Positions 50,104 through 63,413 of a DNA stretch of 64,000 bases are shown piece after piece. How positions within the stretch are numbered: position 1 is the first letter of the stretch; every line of letters begins with the position of its first letter. A program made the translations under genes and the position numbers. Source of the DNA: Octopus sinensis (lineage: Eukaryota). The DNA lies in contig NC_043006.1 in assembly GCF_006345805.1 (NCBI RefSeq), positions 36,084,001 to 36,148,000 of the forward strand, written 5' to 3'. The notes beneath the pieces were generated by a model that saw only the letters and a list, made by a program, of their open reading frames with translations, searched no databases and was not told the DNA's origin.

Positions 50104-53100
50104 TTTTTGTTGCATTTTTCGGCTGCTGCCTTCGTGAGTTCGTTTTGTTGTACTTCTACTGATTTTTGTATTGTTATTCTGTTGAATTGTTGTTGAATCT
50201 GTGAAATTAGAAACTTGGTTATTTTGTTAAAATTCTCCTTCCAACTTATCTAGGCAGGAGAACGGCGAAAATAAATGTGGAGGAAGTTCCGGCTGGTTTG
50301 GGCGTATTGTGAAATGCAGCATCCGTAACATACGACATAGAAGAAAATTCTGTTATTGTTGAACTACCAACTCTAATTTTTACACTTTTGCAGAGAAAAA
50401 ATTATACTATTTAAAAATTATTTTTGTGAAAGACAATTTTTTGGCAAAAAATATTTTTTTTGTCAATTTGTGAAAACAATTTTTGAAAATTTGTGTGTCC
50501 TGTTAAAGGAATTTTTTGTATTAATATGGAATTTGACTTAGAATCAAGTTTGGATTTCCCAGAGATGGAAAAGGCGAAAGAAAACGAAAAAGAAAGTGCG
50601 AAACCGGTTCAGAAGAAATAAACAATTTTTCAATTGAAGTTGGCGGCAATATGGTGAATCTGAACGTGTCTATGGGTGGATTATTTAAATAGCGGAATAT
50701 GATACAGAAAACAAGGATTGATACGAAATTGCTCCCTCCCAAGATATACTACATAATATAGCTGCCAAGTCTGTGGTCTGTAAGACGTACAGCCTTAAGG
50801 AGAAACGAATAATGTCTGTCAAAAATGAAGTAATTGAGAAGTATATGCAACCCATTTGGAATAAACTAAAATACGTCGGACGCGGTATAAGAAACGCTAC
50901 AGTGGAGGCACAATTTACTGACGAGAGTACAGCAAAAGAACTATTGACATTAACACTGAGAAATGACGAAATAATTCTCCTTCCAACTTATCTCGGCAGG
51001 AGAACGGCGAAAATAAATGTGGAGGAAGTTCCGGCTGGTTTGGGCGTATTGTGAAATGCAGCATCCGTAACATACGATATAGAAGAAAAAATGTCAATAC
51101 TACAAATACAGAAAAAAGAGGCTGAAAATTGGAAGCGCCAGTCACTTGAAATGGTGGTCCAAGCCAGCCCCGAAATCCTTGAAGGGTTTCTCGATAGGTG
51201 TTCATCGGGGAGGGGCTGAGCGCAAAAGTGAGCGTTGAGAGACATAGGCCGCGCTGTTTTAAGTGCGGCGAAAAAGGCCACGTCCGTTCAGGATGTAAAG
51301 AGAAAAAGAGCGAAACCCCTCTCCAACAAAGATCTAAAGACACAGAAGAAAAAGAAAAAAACCAAAACAACATACAGAAGTGCTCAAGGAAAGCGAACCA
51401 ACAAGGCAAGAAACACCAACCACAGAAGAAGAAATAGGATTTACATTAGTGGAGTCACAAAAAAAGAAAAAAGGCCTCAGTTCCAGACTCCCCTCCCCAT
51501 ACAAAAACATCTAAAGCAACTGTAGACATACAAGAAAAAACTCCCTACACCATCTCCTTATTAAAACCCAACTCCAAACCCCACCCCAAAGTACAATACA
51601 AAATTGTATCATTTAAAGACAGCAACGAATTATAATGAATTATACGTGCACACCATAAAGCACAAGTGTACAAAGCGAACCAAGACTTGGCACCTCACAT
51701 TCGGATGGAAGTGAGTTTGTTCAATGAACTGACACAAAGATATAAAGGAAGTAAGCGCAGAGATGGCCGGCAGGAGATTCATTGTGAGTCCAGCAGCTAC
51801 ACTACGGAAGAAAGAGGATGGGGGAAGCTGAATTCGTGCAGCCCCTCCCCAAAATCAAAATGTAAGTACGAATTAGGGTGCATAAATGTGCGTAGCCTAG
51901 GGTCGAAATGGAAGCAAACTTGTCTCCTATACGACCTTAGGTCACTAGAAATTGATATGTGTTGTAACTGAATCCAATCTGAGTGGGCCACAAGCGTTCA
52001 CACCCCTTTTAAATGGCTACGAGAAATTTATTTCTCCCAGTCGGCTGGGGTAATGGTGGTGTGGGGATCCTATTCAGGAAAAATTTAGCCGTGCAGGTAA
52101 GTGCAATCTTTCTAGACCCAGAAGGTAGGTCGGTCGTTTAAGATGTGACACACGCGAGCAAACAGTCCTTCAGGTTGATAGCTGTCTATGCTCCAAATGA
52201 GCTGGTTTTTACCGGGACCTGGAGAGTTTCTTAGTGAAGTCAAAAAATCTAGTTGTATTAGGAGACTTTAACACTATTCTCGACGCACCGGTGGATAGTG
52301 TTGGCTCGGCTAATAGAAGGGGAAATCCTGACCTCAAAAGGCTACTAGAGAGCTACAATCTAGTAGAATGATATAGACTGGATGAACCGCTCGTTCCACA
52401 GTGGACGTGGTCTAATAACGACGGTTCATGCGGATCTTATTTAGATAGGATAATTGTTAGAGACAGGGATACTGCTAATTGTCCACGCTTTTGTTGTCTC
52501 CCTTACAAGGACCACAAGTTTATGACGTGTAGGGTGTACCTAGTTAAGTGTCATAGGCAGGGACCTGGTACTGGAAGATGAACATGTCTATTTTGACTTG
52601 TAAAACCTTCCGTGCTTGGGTTAAGGAGTTAGTGCAGAGGACATTAACAGGCGCGATTATCAATAATAGGTGGTGATGCGCCCTCAAATGAGCCATTCAT
52701 TCTGCGTCTATTAGATTTAGCCAGCAGTTAAGTCTAGATAAGACTAGAATAGAATAAGGAATTAGATGAGGCCATGGAGTCTGGTTCTGCATCCAGAGTG
52801 ATGGCGGCGAGAGAGGTTTTGTACCGTCATCTCAAAGCCGAACACAAAGGGTGTAGGGTCAGAGCTAAACTTCGTGCGGTTGGAAGAGAAGGCATTAACT
52901 TTGCCGGATGGGCATGTCGCGTGAAGAGTCAGAGGCAGAGAAGCCTCTATCAAGTATTTAACAGACGTTCGATGGAAGGACAAGAGGAGATGCGAAAGAC
53001 TTTTCACCAGCATTTCACCCGGTCGTTCGGGGAGAGCGGCGGGTTGGATAGTGGGGAGCCCTTAAGGGACTTCCTCGCCGGCGGGCCACGACTCTCGACA

Positions 53101-55275
53101 CGGGAGGCGGAAAGCTGTGAAGGGTCGATTACGGCTACGAAGGTTGAAAAGGTACTGGGTGAGTGCGCCAAGGACAAATCGCTGGGACTGGATGGTCTGC
53201 CCTATGAATTTTATTGTAGTATGCCGGACTTGTCCGGGCACTTTCTAGCCTGTGTCTACACAAACTGGCCGCAGAATGGGATGATTCCCAGCTCTGTGAG
53301 TCGGGGAGTGGTGACGCTGATCAGAAAAGACCCGAGCAATTTTAAGCCCATAACTCTACTTAATGTAGAGTTAAAGATTTTGGTCAAGGTGTTAGCTAAG
53401 AGGTTGGTGCGTGACGCAGTGAAACTTGTTGGGAAGTCGATCCAGGCAGGTCGATCCAGGACAATCTCTATCTCCTGAGCTACAACTTAGACAAGGTAGG
53501 TAAGTTATCCGGTAAAGGTGGGACACTGGTCCATTTAGACCATAGTAAAGCTTTTGATAGGGTAGAAACTAGTACCTGGCAGCAGTCATCGAGGCAGCTG
53601 GACTGGGCCCAGACTTCCGTGGTTGGATCGCTGCCATTTATAGCGGCATCGTATATACAGTTCAGATAAACAGTTACTTCTCTGTGCTGTTTAAGATCGC
53701 GCGCTCCGTTCGTTAGGAGTGCCCCCTGTCTCTGCTTCTGTATGTACTGGCTCTTGAGCCATTGCTGCGGAGGTTGTAGAATTTGGGAGGCGTCCTCAAT
53801 GAATTGGGATGTGGGAAGTCTATTTCTGCTTACGCGGATGACGTCACCATCGCCGTAACTGATGAAGCTCAGCTACCTTGTGTAGAGAAGGCAATCAAAT
53901 GTTACGAGGCGGTGGCAGGAGCTTGCGGCTCGGTACCTGGAGTGACAAGTCTGGTTTGGACAGGATTCCCAGACAGAGAAGAATTGGAGGGAAGTGGCAG
54001 ACAGGGTGGCGGATCTAATCTGGACATGGTCTGGAAGGGCGCTATCCCTGAAAAGGAGGGCGGAGGTAGTGCAGGTGTATATTGCATCTGTTATCACCTA
54101 CCGTGTGATTGTTGTCCCTTGCCCTGATTCGTGACTAAACAGGTTGGAACGCCCCCTCTTTCGCTTTTTGTGTAAGGGAGGAAAACCGCTTGTGAGGCGC
54201 TCTGTCTGCTGCCAAATCCCGCTAAAGGGCGGGTTAGGGATGCCGTAGCTGATGATGTGCAGCCATACGCTGAGGCTGAAGCATTTCTGGCTCTACCTGG
54301 AGGGTGACCAGGTATGGAATTCGCTGGCAGAGACATTCTTTCCGCGACTGGCCTCCTTGGAGGAAGTCAAACCCTGTTTCATGAAAAGACGGAACCTGAC
54401 TGAATGGCAAAAAGTGTGCCGACAGGCACTCGTGCTAATCCACAAGGCAGGCAAGGTTGGCACTGGGAATACTACCTCGGTACTCTATAGCGGGCTGATA
54501 GAGTTCAAGAGGGATGACGTCCTGGCTGAAGCTCTGGGACTCGATGAGGACCAGCTAGCCAACCTGTTGAAAAGAACTTTCGGGTCGAGGTACCTGGATA
54601 ACTACCAGAAATCCCTGACCTGGCAGTGCTATAGGAGCGCTTTACCTGTTCGTGATAAACTGTCTAGACATAGTCTCTGTGCCACCGGCATTCCCAAGGT
54701 GCGGGCAGAATGATGAAACCGTTCTGTACGCCCTTGTTCAGGGTCCGGAGATTTCGGACTTGATAGTTTACACGGAACACGTTCTGTCACATTTAGGAAG
54801 AGTACAGCTATCAGCTGGGTGTATAATTAAGATTGTACCGCCACCCGGATTGTCAAAGGAAGGTGAAGCATGTTTGTAATGCACAGTTGCAGTTTTGAAA
54901 GAGTGCATATGGAAAACGAGGATGAAAGGATTTGCGACGGGAGCCTTCATCTCCGGCCCTGGTTTGCTGTATTATTTCAGATATCATCTGAAGAGCAAGA
55001 TAGGGCTGAAGAAGGGACGCCTGTCGCGAAGCGTATACGGGAAAAGATGGAAGGATGTGGTGAAGAAAGTGAGTATGAATGATCCTACTTAAATCTATTG
55101 TAAATTCGTACGGCCAAAATGTGAAATAATTCATTGTAATTGACACTCATCACAAATATATATATCAGTCTATATTTTTAACTGCTTAAACTAAACGAAA
55201 TCATGAATATCATATGTTTGTAAAGTCCTGTGCTGTCCCCTCTATGTTAGATCATTTGATCATAATAAAGAATTT
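50104..55275 (+). mobile_element. Near full-length, degenerate L1/Tx1-type LINE
   Basis: ORF1 with CCHC (RCFKCGEKGHVRSGC). APE motifs: GCINVRSL, IAVYAP, LGDFNTILD, WTWSN, SYLDRI. RT motifs: GLDGLPYEFY, KPITLLNVELKIL, AFDRV, GCPLS, AYADDV. A C-terminal Cys region follows, then AATAAAG at 55264. Many stops and frameshifts. Confidence 0.9.
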
Positions 55276-55293
55276 ATCACTAGCTGGTGATTA

Positions 55294-55340
55294 ACACACG
55301 CTGAGAACGGGTAACTACCCAGAAACTCGAGTGCGTGTGT
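55294..55340 (+). ncRNA. Decayed type-I hammerhead ribozyme
   Basis: Stem I ACACACG/CGUGUGU, core CUGAGAAC, stem II GGGU(AACU)ACCC, then AGAAA and a palindromic stem III ACUCGAGU. The core has indels and the cleavage triplet is GUG. Confidence 0.5.
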
Positions 55341-55937
55341 ATCACGTAAGGCTAGGAATGGGAGCGATGGCCTCCTCTCAAATACTAATCAGACGCAGAA
55401 TGTGTGACGTTAACCAGCTGGAAGAGATGTCTTCCTGGGGCTATAAACGTCAGTAGCACTGTCCCGTATAGGACAGTGTAGACTACAAGCGAAAGCGCCT
55501 ACGGAAAGAAGATCAGAGAAACTGTAAACCAAATTCCCTTTTTGCTCTACCTTCATTTCTCCCTTGTTTTTTCCCTCTTAACTCAGTATGCCTCGTCGAT
55601 CACCACTAACATTAATGAGCTTTGTATATTCAAACAAATTGATGTACAGTTTCAATATTATTGACTGCTGTTAACATTTAAACTTGTACCTGTCCTCCTA
55701 ATTCATAATGCTAAATTTGTCCGTTATGAACATTTTAATTTGTCGACATTGAAACTTTTAAAGATGTTTCTCTAATTTATAATTTTAAACTTTTATCATT
55801 AATAAACAAAAATTATTGTTGAAACTAATTTTGTATATATATATAAATAAATGTATTTTAAACAATTAGGAGTTTTCCAAATTTAGGAGCATTTTCAACA
55901 ACAAATTTGCCTATATATATGTGTGTGTGTGTGTGTG

Positions 55938-56048
<111 letters not shown>

Positions 56049-56505
56049 TCGCTATCCACTACACATTCTTTATTTTCTCTCCTTGTTTCTTTCTGTGTTA
56101 CTTTCTGTGAAAGAGCGTAGGCTCGAAACGTTAAAGACTTTTTCAATTCCCAAGCGTTATACTAATACATCTGTTTGTTGTCTACACCACCTGTCTTCGT
56201 CTTTTGTTTTTTTATGTGAATTCTCCCTATATATATATATACATACATACATAATATAAAATATAATAAATGCGAATGTTAGTATGTCACACTTTTTCAA
56301 CTTTATTCCTAGACGCCGTAGTCCAACATATCATACCCTTTTGGAATCAGGCAGACTCAGTGAGTAAATTAAAAACATTCCGGGTCGAATCCGGAGCCGC
56401 AATCCTGAAATTTTGGATTCCCAAATTTTCATTATTACAATTGCTTTCGGCGATTTTTTTAAAGGATATTTTGGTGCGAATTTTTATGTACGATAACAAT
56501 TTTTA

Positions 56506-57078
56506 CTAGCTGGACCCGTGAAAACTTCACGGTAAACATAAAAAATGTAAGCATCTGTAAATAGTGACATCGTTTAATAACTATCGAATAATTATGGGCA
56601 TAACTATTGATGTATACCCCGCCCACTTTGTTGCCTCATAAATTCCATAAATAATCGCTAAGATCCTGTTGGCTGTGTGTATGTTAAGATTTGTTGGAAA
56701 AAGCTTTTCTGGTGGACTAGGGAGAGGAGTTTCGGAAAATTCAAACAGCCTGACATTTTCCGCCTCATAACTTTCAGGAAAATTGGTATTTTTAATGAAA
56801 TTTTATACAAATATCTTTCAAACGGTATAGAATAACTGTCACAATGGCTTTATCATATATCGTCCAAAACGAAAAGTTTTTCAGCGTTTTCTCTCTGTGA
56901 ATAACTTCATTCTCTTTCACTATCCTTCTCTATCCTTTCGTTCACTCAGTCTATCTCTCTAAATCTCTTTCTCTCTTCCCCCTTCCTCCTCTCTTCCTCC
57001 TCTATGTCTCCTTGCCTCTAACCTTTCTCCTGCGTTTAACGCAGTATATTTTTCTTACCTCTCAGCGCTATCAACGTC

Positions 57079-57110
<32 letters not shown>

Positions 57111-57300
57111 CTCGCTCTCTCACTCCCACTTCTCCCAATTCTTTGCCGCTTTGCCTCTTCAATTGTACGTCTTCTGCTTAATACGTTTCATTTCTCTCTT
57201 TTAACCTCTTCCTTTCAACTAAGTGTGACACACACCACAGGTACGTACGTAACTACTTAGGTATTACCGTATTAACATAACAATTCTTATAACTTGGAGA
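56506..57300 (-). mobile_element. Non-autonomous Helitron-like element
   Basis: CTAG at 56506-09 next to the hairpin CCGTGAA-AAC-TTCACGG (56516-56532), with a CT-rich interior. The 5' boundary is uncertain. Confidence 0.5.
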
Positions 57301-57419
57301 AAAAAAATTGGGAATAATCGAAATAAATTGTGAAATCCAGCGAAAGTCATCCATGAAATAGAAATAATTATTTGTACGAAAAGTAAGGACCTACGTACAT
57401 CAAATTGCCTTTAAATTAA

Positions 57420-58350
57420 GTAGCGGTAGAAGAATTATTGTTAAAGCAGGAAGATTTGCTGATTTGCTGTTGTATCTTGGCAATGGAACCATCAAATGGA
57501 CCAAATTGGAAATATTTCACTCCCAAATGGTAGTGAAGTTTCAGTCTCAAGAATCCATGACTTGATTAATCATGTATATCCTAACATTAAACACCGTTTC
57601 ATAGATTCAAACTGGCTTTGTGAGAGGGCAATATTAGCTCCCAAAAACTGGAAACTTCTCCAAGAAATTCAAAAAGAAAGCATGGTGTATTTTTTCCATT
57701 GACACTGTGGTTGAACAAGAGCAGGCAATGAATTATCTAATAGAGTTCCTGAACTCATTGACTCCTCCTGGAATGCCACCACACAAGCTAGAACTAAAAG
57801 AAAACGTGCCAGTTATGCTATTGAGAAATCTGATTCCCCCAGAGCTTTGTAATGGAACAAGGTTGTCAAGAAGATGCTTCCTCATCTCTTCGAAGAAGAG
57901 ATCTTTACTGGTCCAGGAAAGGTGGAAAGAGTTTTAATTCCAAGAATCCCCTTAATTCTTCCAGATCTTCCTTTTGAGTTCAAAAGACTTCAATTTCCAG
58001 TGAGTGAGCTATGCAATGTCAATCAATAAGTCCCAGGAACAATTATTGAAAGTAACTGAGCTTCATCTGATGGAACCCTGTTTTTCTCACGGCTAGCTCT
58101 ATGCTGGTTGTTCAAGGATAGGGAATGGAAACAAGCTATTTGTATTGGCCCTGAATGGGAAGACAAATATGTTGTTTATAATGCAGCTTTGCAAGCATTG
58201 CTTTGATGAAAAATGTTAATTAGTTGAAAAATATTATTCAATTTTAATAAAACTTAATATGTACTCAGTGCATGAAGTGTCGTTGTTGGGCCCAAGAAGC
58301 CTTTGCAGGGGCTAACTTAAAAGCCACCCGATGTGCGGCTTTTAAGCTAG
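57420..58350 (+). mobile_element. Helitron 3' remnant (helicase C-terminus)
   Basis: Motifs NWLCERAILAPKN, EFLNSLTPPGMPPHKL, ELCNGTRL, FKRLQFPV and SINKSQ. Ends with an imperfect hairpin (AAAAGCC...GGCTTTT) and CTAG at 58347-50. Confidence 0.88.
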
Positions 58351-58519
58351 CATATTATATGTATGAAATAGAAGCAGCGCGAGTGTGATATCACTATAGA
58401 CCAGATATACTTAACATATGCGCTTCGTGTATTTTTCGGTAGGCTGCGATATAGGGCAGTAGAGAATGTTCTCTCAAAGTACCGGTTGCTAAATATCTGA
58501 AAGTCATATATTTATATTA

Positions 58520-59050
58520 TTATTCAGTTTATTTCGGGATTTCTCGCCAATAAAGAACCGGTTTCTAACCTAGATCCAAGGTTCCTTCACTGGAATTTCA
58601 ACATCAAAAACAGGGTATTTTTGTTTGTAAGTATGTATGTATGTATGTATGTATGTATGTATGTATGTATGTATGTATGTCTTGTGTATTTTCATGTATG
58701 TAGTTACATATCTAGACATGTTCATATATATTTAAATGATAAACTTCTGGAAAGCTTTACATATTTTTACAGTTCCAGATCTGTAGCCTTCGAATTAGCT
58801 TTCTCCTTTCTGGTTTTAAGAAGTCTAATTTCTCAACATTGGTATTTAGGCAGTGTGTTACATATCCCAGGGCCCCAATAATCACAAGTATATACCTGAA
58901 CTTGTAATCAGGATAGAGTAACTGCAGATGTCTCAATAGTTCAGCATAGATATTCTCTTTTTCACTAATCTTAAGCTTTATGTTAACATCCACTGGGCAG
59001 CAAATTTCCGCAACTGTGCACAGTTTCTCTTCTATATCCCAAATCAGTAT
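58520..59050 (-). mobile_element. R4/Dong-like LINE 3' fragment, copy 1
   Basis: KISEKENIYAELLRHLQLLYPDYKFRYILVIIGALGYV resembles an RLE C-terminus. The 3' UTR carries a (CATA)n tract. Confidence 0.7.
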
Positions 59051-59129
59051 GTCAGGTATGCATGTATGTATGTATGTATGTATGTATGTATGTATGTATG
59101 TATGTATGTATGTATATATGTATGTATGT

Positions 59130-59697
59130 CATTATACAGTTTTATTTCAAGATTTCTCGCCAGTAGTGAAAGAGATGGTTTATAATCGAGATCCAAGGCT
59201 CCTCCATTGGAATTTCAACAACGTGAACTGCGTATTTTTGTATGTGTGTATGCATGTATGTATGTATGTATGTATGTATGTATGTATGTATGTATGTATG
59301 TATGTATGTATGTATGTATGTATACGTGCAGATTTGTATGTTTTGTTTTATGTATGTCTTCTCATTCATATACTTCCATATTTAGACATATATACTTAAT
59401 ATATACGTAAATGATAAACTTCTGGAAAGTTTTACAGATTTTTATAGCTCCAGTGATGGCTTGGATCTGTAGTCTTCGAATCAGCTTTCTTCTTTCTGTT
59501 TCTGAGAAGCCTAATTTTCCAAGATTGATATTTAGGCAGTGTGTTAAATATCCCATTGCCCCAGTAATTACAGGTATAAATCTGATCTTGTAATCTGGAG
59601 AGAGTAACTGCAGATTTTTCAATTGTTCAACGTAGGTGTTCTTTTTTCCACTGTTCTTCAGCTTTGCGTTAACATCCGCTGGGCACAGTTTCTCTAT
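59130..59697 (-). mobile_element. R4/Dong-like LINE 3' fragment, copy 2
   Basis: Paralogue of copy 1 (YVEQLKNLQLLSPDYKIRFIPVITGAMGYL). Flanked by (TATG)n on both sides. Confidence 0.7.
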
Positions 59698-59791
59698 GTA
59701 CGTGTATATGTATGTGTATGCATGTACATATGTATGTGTGTGTGTAGTTTTGTATGTATGTATGATGTATGTTTGTATGTGTATGTATGTG

Positions 59792-59842
<51 letters not shown>

Positions 59843-60434
59843 GTATTGTAAATATGTGCATTGCTTTGCATGTTAATAGCACGAACTGGCTGTTCCGTTG
59901 ATCGAGTCAGCGACAACCCTGGTCGTCACAACCAACTGAACGCTTGTTCGTGTGTGTATGTGTGTGCGTGTGTGTGCGTGCGTGCGTGCGTGGGGGGGGC
60001 ACTCGTTTGTCTATAAATACACGCTTACATGTTCTTATAATTTCTTTCAGTCTTTATAAACCCTGATCCGACTGAGGTTAGGAGACATAAATTTCCCACC
60101 TGTAACTTATCACGCCCACCCACCCCCATTCATTTCCCTTTGATATAAAGCTTTCATCGTTTAGATTCTCACGTCACAACCTTGGGCTCATTCATCCCAA
60201 CTCATTTGCTACTTTCGTTTGAAAAACTCACATAAAGCGGAACACAACAAACGTACGAAACAGTTCAAGTTCAAACGTAATGCATTATAATACAAACGTA
60301 ATACGTTATAAAACACACAAAGCAGTTATACTTGTTCGGCGAGTGAAAAGTCATAAATGACGCATTCAAATTGCAACATTGATTTCGTTTATCTTTATTA
60401 CTTATAATCACACGAATCCCTTACGTTGTTAGCA

Positions 60435-60550
<116 letters not shown>

Positions 60551-60768
60551 CTAGTAACAGGTTCATATAAACCACATAATAGCTGTAAATTTGCAAATAG
60601 CATCAAAATTATGGTGTGGATGTGTGGTTAAGAAGCTTCCTTACTGGCCATGTTGTTTTGGGTTCATTCCCACAGTTTGGCACCTTGGGAGAATGTTTCC
60701 TGCTAAGGCTTTGGGTCGACCAAAGCCTTGTGAGTGCATTTAGTAAAGGGAAACTGAAAGAAAGCCGT

Positions 60769-60807
<39 letters not shown>

Positions 60808-63375
60808 TTTGCGCTTGCGACGTGTTTGTCTCCCCACCACAACTTGACAACTGGTGTTGGTTTGTTTACATTTACGTCCCCCGTAACATTTTGGTTCGGC
60901 AAAAAGAGTCCGATAGGATACTGCCAGATTAAAAACTGTACTTGGATCGAGTTGGTTGATTAAACACTTAAAGGCGGCGCCTGATCTTGGTCGCAGTCCA
61001 ATGAGTAAACGATACAAGATCACGTTGACTCCTCAATTAGATTTTATTAATAAAAAAAGTCTTGTGACATGAGAAGAATTTTTCTTACTATCTTGTTTTC
61101 CTAACATTAAGATGTGCATACCGGTATCTCGACAACTTAAAATAGTTCAATTTAATTAAATCAGTGTATAGTTGACATGTTCTTTAACCTCAGTTGCTCC
61201 CTTATTTAATACCAGTTAAATCCATAAAATAAGTTAATATTTAGATAAGTAATAAGTAAATAAATATTAAACTATTTCTTTACAATTTTCTTTTCCTCGC
61301 TCTATTGTGGTAAAAAGTTGGTATATACTCAAAATATTCAAAGGAGTTTTATCCTTTTGGTAAAATTTCATTCCTAATAATCTTCTTGATTACCCTAAAT
61401 TTTAACTTTATACAATAAGACAATATTGTTTGAAATGATTTTTAGAAATTACTTGATTTATCTCTTTCTTAAATGGCTCTACCCTTCTAATCTTAGTATT
61501 TATAAGGGCCTTTATATAAATAACCCTTCTAAAAAAGTACCACTAAGAAACTATAAATATCATGTAGGGAGTAACAATAATAACTTCTTAAACCTATAAT
61601 ATAACCTTTAGTTTTAAAAAAAAGATTAGTGTAAAATATGATTGTTCCATAACTTAAATAGTCCTTTAGCCGATACCAGACATCAGTCTTTTGTTGATAC
61701 AAGCTAAAAAAGTAAATATATAATTTTTAGTCTAATATATTCTGAATTATTATACTTTTTCTAAAAATTTTATCTATTGGTGTTAAGAAGCTACATATAC
61801 TTTACCATAGTATTAGTAATTAAGCTATTTTATTTCCTTTTCTATGGTGTTCTTCCCTACTTGATTATTTTATTTTATTTCTTTATTATTTTATAATTAG
61901 CCTTTATTTATTTATAAAATTAATCTAATATTTGTATCTCTATAAATTCATACTTAGCTTATATAAAACTATACTGGTATATTCACTACTTATAAAAAAG
62001 ATACTGCTTAGATTATAATTTTATTAATATATAATTAGCATGTTCTTTTACTTCGGTACTCCTTTATTAAATACCAGTAAATACCAATTGATCAATCTTC
62101 ACAGATACCATCTAATAAGTTAGTATTTAAGTGTACAATATGTATAAATATTAAACCATTATGGATAATTTCTTTTCCTCCCTCTATTGGGGTAAAAGTT
62201 TGGTATATACTCAAAAGTATTCATATATTTCTATCCTTTTGTTATAATATTCTTCTTAATAACCCTTTGAAAAACCTTAAACTTTAACTGTATACAATAT
62301 AGCAATAGTGTTTAAAATATTTAACTATAGTACTACATGATAAGTCTTCCCCTGTTTCATTATCAATGGCCTGCTAGTGGTCGACCCCCTTAATTATCAG
62401 TTAACATCTTTTTTAAGTTTTATTTTACCAAACCTCATGATATATTGCTTCTAATAAATCTTGATTTTTATGAATATACCAACTATGATGTCTGTCTGCT
62501 CCCTCAGCCCTTACAAATACTGCCCTCTGTTCTCTCAGCCTTAGATATACAAGAGGCTTGATAAACTAGTCTATAAATTAAAACTGACCCTATAAAAACA
62601 AAAAATCAGTGACAGGCAGAGTCTGTAACAATGTACATCTTCTTGGAAAATTCAGTAACTTCTAAACTGCAGTAAGACATGTTCTTCGTCTATCTCCTTA
62701 ACTTCTTGGAGATTTTAGATATAATTATGCTAATATGCCCATCTGTTCTAATTTAATTAACTTTTATGTCTTTGTGCAGCTGAAAATTGCTCTTCATTTT
62801 AAATTGATGTAAGGATTGCATTGTTCAATTAAACGGAGTTGTATGAAACGATTGTACTGCATTACCTGTGAATATCCTTGTTGCTTATTTTGATATATAT
62901 ATATATATATACAAAATTAGGGAGTAGAGTTGATAAAATCCAAGCTATATATGTTTCATAGCTAGCAGAACCTCAGAAGTAGTAATTTTCCAAATGGGCT
63001 GGGGGTAGTCTGCTAACTGCTTGTCGGGCCAAAGATACATTAATCAAAACAAGTTAACATTTTCATCAAGGAATTCCCATATTGGAAAGCATAGAAATTG
63101 AGAAGAAAAGGGAAAGGAGATGGGGCGAAGAGGAGGAAAATTTAGTATTATCGAAGCTATCTAGGGAAATATCTTTGTAAATTTAGGCTGGGGTCTACTA
63201 TAGAATAAATAAGTAAATATATTGTGGCACCCTTTAAATACATTTAAGGAGTCAAAGAGTTGAGTCATATACATGTACACGCTTATACAAATGCATATGT
63301 TATACACACACAAAAAGCACACCCACACAAACAAACACATATACATACATATATGTGTGTCTACGTGTGTATGCA

Positions 63376-63413
<38 letters not shown>

